A DNA stretch of 64,000 nucleotides. Source: Rhina ancylostomus (lineage: Eukaryota). The stretch lies in the NCBI GenBank assembly GCA_030265395.1, contig JARFYF010000063.1:106511746-106575745 (forward strand), given 5' to 3'. Positions 59,201-64,000 of this stretch are shown piece by piece. A program made the translations under genes and the position numbers. How positions within the stretch are numbered: position 1 is the first letter of the stretch; the number at the start of each line of letters is the position of its first letter. The notes under the pieces were generated by a model. That model did no database searches. It saw only the letters and a list, made by a program, of their open reading frames with translations, and was not told the DNA's origin.

Positions 59201-62200
59201 ATTTGCTGTAACCTTTTGAAGAATTTAGCCCATGCCAATCAAGAGAAGGAATGTTTCAAAATTGGTTACAACTGCTACAGTTGGAAGCTTGAGTACATCA
59301 GAAATTCTTCTTTCCGATAATGTATATGTTGGCATTATCATGTACTGATAATACACTGAATAAACAAAATGACTTTTTGATATAAAGCCGTAAGCTAACC
59401 TACTCCNNNNNNNNNNAAAATATAGCTACCAAATCTTGTACAGCCGTAACTCATTAGAGAGCTAACTTTTATTCATAATGAAACAAGAGTATTAAAAGTG
59501 GAATCTACCATTGTGATGTCACTCAATATAACCTTATCCACTGTACACCACCACAATGACACCATCTGGTGTCTTTCTAGGATGGGTGACTGCAGAGGCA
59601 ATGACAGAAAATGCTATATTTAGTCGTCATCAAGTTTAACAACATGTCTGCCTGTGTTTGTGTCAGCTTATTTTCTGCCACTTATACCTCCCTCAAAGTA
59701 AACTTAATAAAGCTAACCCTTCCTGCTTAGTTTATTTTCCAGAAAATTAACTCTAAGCGAATTAATGATTTAATCAAATTGAATCAAATTAAAAATTGTA
59801 AATTATATTTCAAAAACCTGAAAAAATTGACCATTTACAAAGAACAAATATCCCTTTCAAATACTAAAGAATGACCATGAAGTGCTTCAGATGATAATGA
59901 AAGCTGTCTAGCCCTCCTGCTTATCAAGGATTCACCAAAGAAAAAGTACACATTGTTAACATTAAATCCCTATAGGGGACCTGAAATAGCTTTCACTTAG
60001 CATTCCATTTTAATTGCTAGGCTGAAATAATTCCAATCTGTTTTTTTGGCGTGCCACTAATTAAAACTGCAAGATTACACAGAGAAAAATAAATACATCA
60101 TCTCTGCTTGAAAATGAAAGTTTTCTTGAATGACAAATATTTTTAATCAGAGCCATATGCACAGGAGCTTGGAGGGCGAGCTTAATCTCAAAACCACTCC
60201 AGCAGCATAAAACAATTCAGTGGGTTATAATTAATGTCACAGTCATAACAGCAAGCTCAAGCCACTGTTTTTCTTTCTACTTAAGGAGAAATAACTAGCT
60301 GTTATCTCTGTGCCTGCAGAGCCTCCCTATTGTAGATTCAATAATACAAGAGGTTTCTTATCACCATTCGAGGTGAATGATTGTAACTGTGATATGTTTA
60401 GACAATGTGTTGTATTTAACCCAATTTACAGGTGCCCCAGCTTGGCCACAGCAGTAAACACTGGGGACTAATAGGGAATTAAACATGTACAATAGACTAA
60501 CTCCATTTACTCTCAAAACTGAAATGCATTTAGTAAACTCACTTAAAGAGACAGTAGCCTCCTTCAGGGCATGTGCTGTCATTTGTTATTTTCATCATGG
60601 GGGAGGGGGAAATCTGCTTTTGGTTGAATTTATCTTATCTGGTATGGTGACCAAGTTTGCAAGTACAGTACTCCCAAGACCCACAGTTTATTTTATTCTT
60701 CAAATCTGCCAATTCAAACTGCTGTCTCTTTAATACACAAGAGCTGTTTATTCTAATAGTCCAAAAAAATAATCTGTGCAATTCACTTACATCTCACCAT
60801 TTTCAGGAGATTCCATGCAATTGCCACAACCTATGCCAGACATGACGTCCATCATTTTGTCAAGAAACAACAATAACATTAACATTGTGAGAATCCCAAT
60901 GGTTTGGCCACCAGATTTGACTTCTTTGGGATTTAAATAAAGATTATATAGGCCTTCAAAAAAATGCATTTTCTAACACAGCAATATGACTGGAAAAAAC
61001 TATACTGCCAGAGGAATCAAAGGAGACGATTTATGATTTCATTCCGATTGACGGCCGATTAAATTAAAACAGATCAGTGTTGCAATTCTTGGGCAGGTGG
61101 CTCTAGCCCGGTGACAGCCTCAGAACTATTAAATTGGTGCTGAGATGGAAAGCCTTCCGCTTGCATTCACGCACTTACTGATCAAACTGTGACAAATGAG
61201 ATGTTACTGCTCTTGTAAAGCAAGGCTACAATCTGTCAAACCTGAACATAATTTGTGACCCTCAGTGACATCTTTTTTTCCTTCTTAGTTTGAATATGGG
61301 AACAGTTGCAGAATTCCCCAGTACCTCATGTTTTGAATGCAGAGTACTAAACTGGCACAAACTGCTAATGTGAGCTCAAAACTATTTAACAATGTTGATA
61401 ATTTGATCAAGTTCAGTGAAGTGGCATTCAATAAATTATTATGTATCAGTATAGCAGTCATCTTGCTGAAATTTCTAATCACCAGTAATTCTAGTGGGAG
61501 GGTCTCAATTTTCATTAACAGCTGTCATCTTGCGACATTCTGAAATAGATTTAAAGCACTTTAACCTTATTAAAAGCAGTTTTTCCTTCCTTAACTTCTC
61601 CTTTTCAATTTTTCCTTGTGGGATTTTGATTTGGGTAATTCTGACAACAAATTCTAGTGGTTGGATTTACCATGCCAGATAAAATAACTGTACAGGGAAA
61701 ACTGTTGTTTCCAGGTGCAGCTCACATTTTATGTAAAATGTATAATGTAACATGCATAGAAAGACTAGTAGGGTACCGGATCCATATTTGGCAAATGGTG
61801 CTGTAATGTGCACTAATCCAGTCTATCATGATGAACTTTTGAGCCAGCTTTTGAAATGCCCAGACATCAGGAGCTGTCATCAGTCTTTGTTCTCCCCTTA
61901 ATGCAATAGGGGCTCTGGTCAATGCACTGAGAAAAGACCTGCACCCTGCTAACCTTGCCTATTAAAGGCAGGGTCTTAACAGCTGTCTGGAGTGCTAAGA
62001 GGTCACAAACACAGTTTGCTATGCCAACAACTACCACTCATCCCTGGTGAGTATGCCACGAGACTTACGGTCAGGCTGATGTCAAGAGTGCATTGCAGGC
62101 ATTTGCAGTTGTTAATACTTTAAGAGGAAAGGAAGACTTGTTGTGCTAACAAGCTATTGTATTAAGTAATAAAGTATAGCATTTTTCTTGCAGCTTATTT

Positions 62201-64000
62201 AACTAAATTGCAGTCATCAATATCGTATTAACTCATGACCCATTTGTCTGCTTTTCAGCTTTCTCAATGTTACACCTAGTAATCCCAACTACTTAGAAGG
62301 TTATTTGAGAAATTTTGTGAGGTATTTTACAGCTGATTCTGAGTAAAACAGGCATGTAATAACAAACAACAAAAGGAAAGTTGGCTTCGATACAATTCTC
62401 AGAAAAAAAATCAAGAGTATTATCTTTGCTTTTGTGTTAGTTGGTAAAGGGAAATATTGTGGCATTTAGAAGAAAATGTTTCCTGCATTGAAAAGTTGTC
62501 CTTAGTGCGATGCAAGCCAAAGGAGTTATTGCTGCCTGATTTTTTTTCCCCAGAGGTAACTGGAGTATTGGTTTCAACCGTCATACATTGGGTTTAACCA
62601 GAGCCCTTGTTAAGACTACCATTCAGAGATCACCACATTCCATTTGTGACTTGTGACAACATTTTGACACTAGGAATGCAGAACTGGAGGTCTTAGCCAT
62701 AGCTGTCACTTGCTTGTATATGATTAATCTNNNNNNNNNNNNNNNNNNNNNNNNNNNNNNNNNNNNNNNNNNNNNNNNNNNNNNNNNNNNNNNNNNNNNN
62801 NNNNNNNNNNNNNNNNNNNNNNNNNNNNNNCAAGACCAAGTGGGGGGGGTGGGTGGAATCAACATTTAGGCTTGAGAAATAAACCAAACACACTTCATGT
62901 TGAGACTGTCCATAATATGCACATGCAAAGATTTAGATAACATCCATCCATTACACAAATAAACATTACCCAACCGATCAATGAAGACCTATGTATTGAA
63001 TCTGGCAAATTATGTATTTGTATCATTTTGTTCTTTACATTTCATCCTCATGTGCAACTTCATAATGAAAGGAAAATATTATTTTTAGTACTCTCTCGCT
63101 GTCATTTCATCAGGACTTTGAAGTATTTTGTTTGGGAAGTAAACAACACACACAAAAAAAAACCAATTTTGACCTGATAACTAAAATTATGCTTTTGAAA
63201 AGTACTTTCAAACTGTTTTGTAACCAGTAGATTCGGGGAATGTTTCTAATGATTACAGACTGTATCCAAAACATTCTGCAGATGGACTTCTGTATCATTG
63301 ACAATTTTGCATTCATATCCATTTTACTCACAATGCCTGAGTTGTCATTAGAATTTTGATCCACATCTTGCAATCTTGGTAGTTATTACACAGGTGACTA
63401 AATAAGTCATACATCTTTTTAACAATACCAATAGCTAAGTCTCATGTAATGCTGATAAATGCTTTGTATCTCATTAATAAAAAGTAATAGCAACTACTTA
63501 ATCCAAAGGCTTATGAGTATTATTGTATTTCATTTCAGGATAAACAGCAGCAGGCATTCTAGGAAAGCTGCGCTATTAAACGATAATGGGGAATTTCAAC
63601 ACCAGTCGTTAAAATGTCCTGCTGTTCCATTTCTGACAATAGAGGGCAGTAGTGACTCTATGCTTCTTTCCAGGGCACAATGAATTTCCACAATGTTCCT
63701 CGTCCACAACCAACACTCTGCCAACCTGCACTTAAATTTCGAAAGTGGAGAAAATTAAAGGAAGCCCACATGCATCAATACAGAGCCTACCCTCAGAAGA
63801 CACATTGCTGCCCAACTGTTATGAGCAACTGATAAAATAATCTCCATGTGCATCAGGCAATGCAATTGTCACATTGAAAAAAAAGGTGGCAGGTCTCAGG
63901 CACCCTACCATTTTGATATGTTAATAGCTCTTCTTGGCCCGTGGGTGGTCTGCTTTTGATGCTATTAACAACTTCAGCACTAAATCAAGTGACGGGTATA

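Noticed and set aside
42006-64000. ESRRG zinc-finger exon (CPATNEC...CQACRF)
   Set aside because: Not found by eye or in the ORF track; presumably beyond the window end or inside a gap.

Overview
Vertebrate, AT-rich genomic DNA. The repeat complement (CR1, Rex1/Babar, Penelope, tRNA-SINEs, Harbinger fossils) suggests a cartilaginous fish (shark/ray); this is an inference. The window contains the 3' half of the nuclear receptor gene ESRRG (ERR-gamma) on the minus strand. Four coding exons (41895-42005, 39335-39496, 16204-16473, 13525-13769) have canonical phase-1 GT-AG junctions and splice into 262 aa covering the end of the DBD, the hinge and the complete LBD/AF-2. A candidate ~2.8 kb 3'UTR ends near an ATTAAA at 10770-10775. 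The zinc-finger exons are not visible and should lie beyond 64000. The rest is intron or intergenic DNA with decayed transposons, microsatellites, candidate conserved non-coding elements and many N gaps. Almost all ORFs in the supplied track are spurious or TE-derived. I found no convincing previously undescribed biological system. The best leads are the miRNA/Pumilio-site-rich 3'UTR, scattered Harbinger transposase and Myb/SANT fossils, nested retroelement insertions, splice-site features and candidate intronic enhancers. All family assignments come from manual reading and recalled consensus motifs, not database searches.
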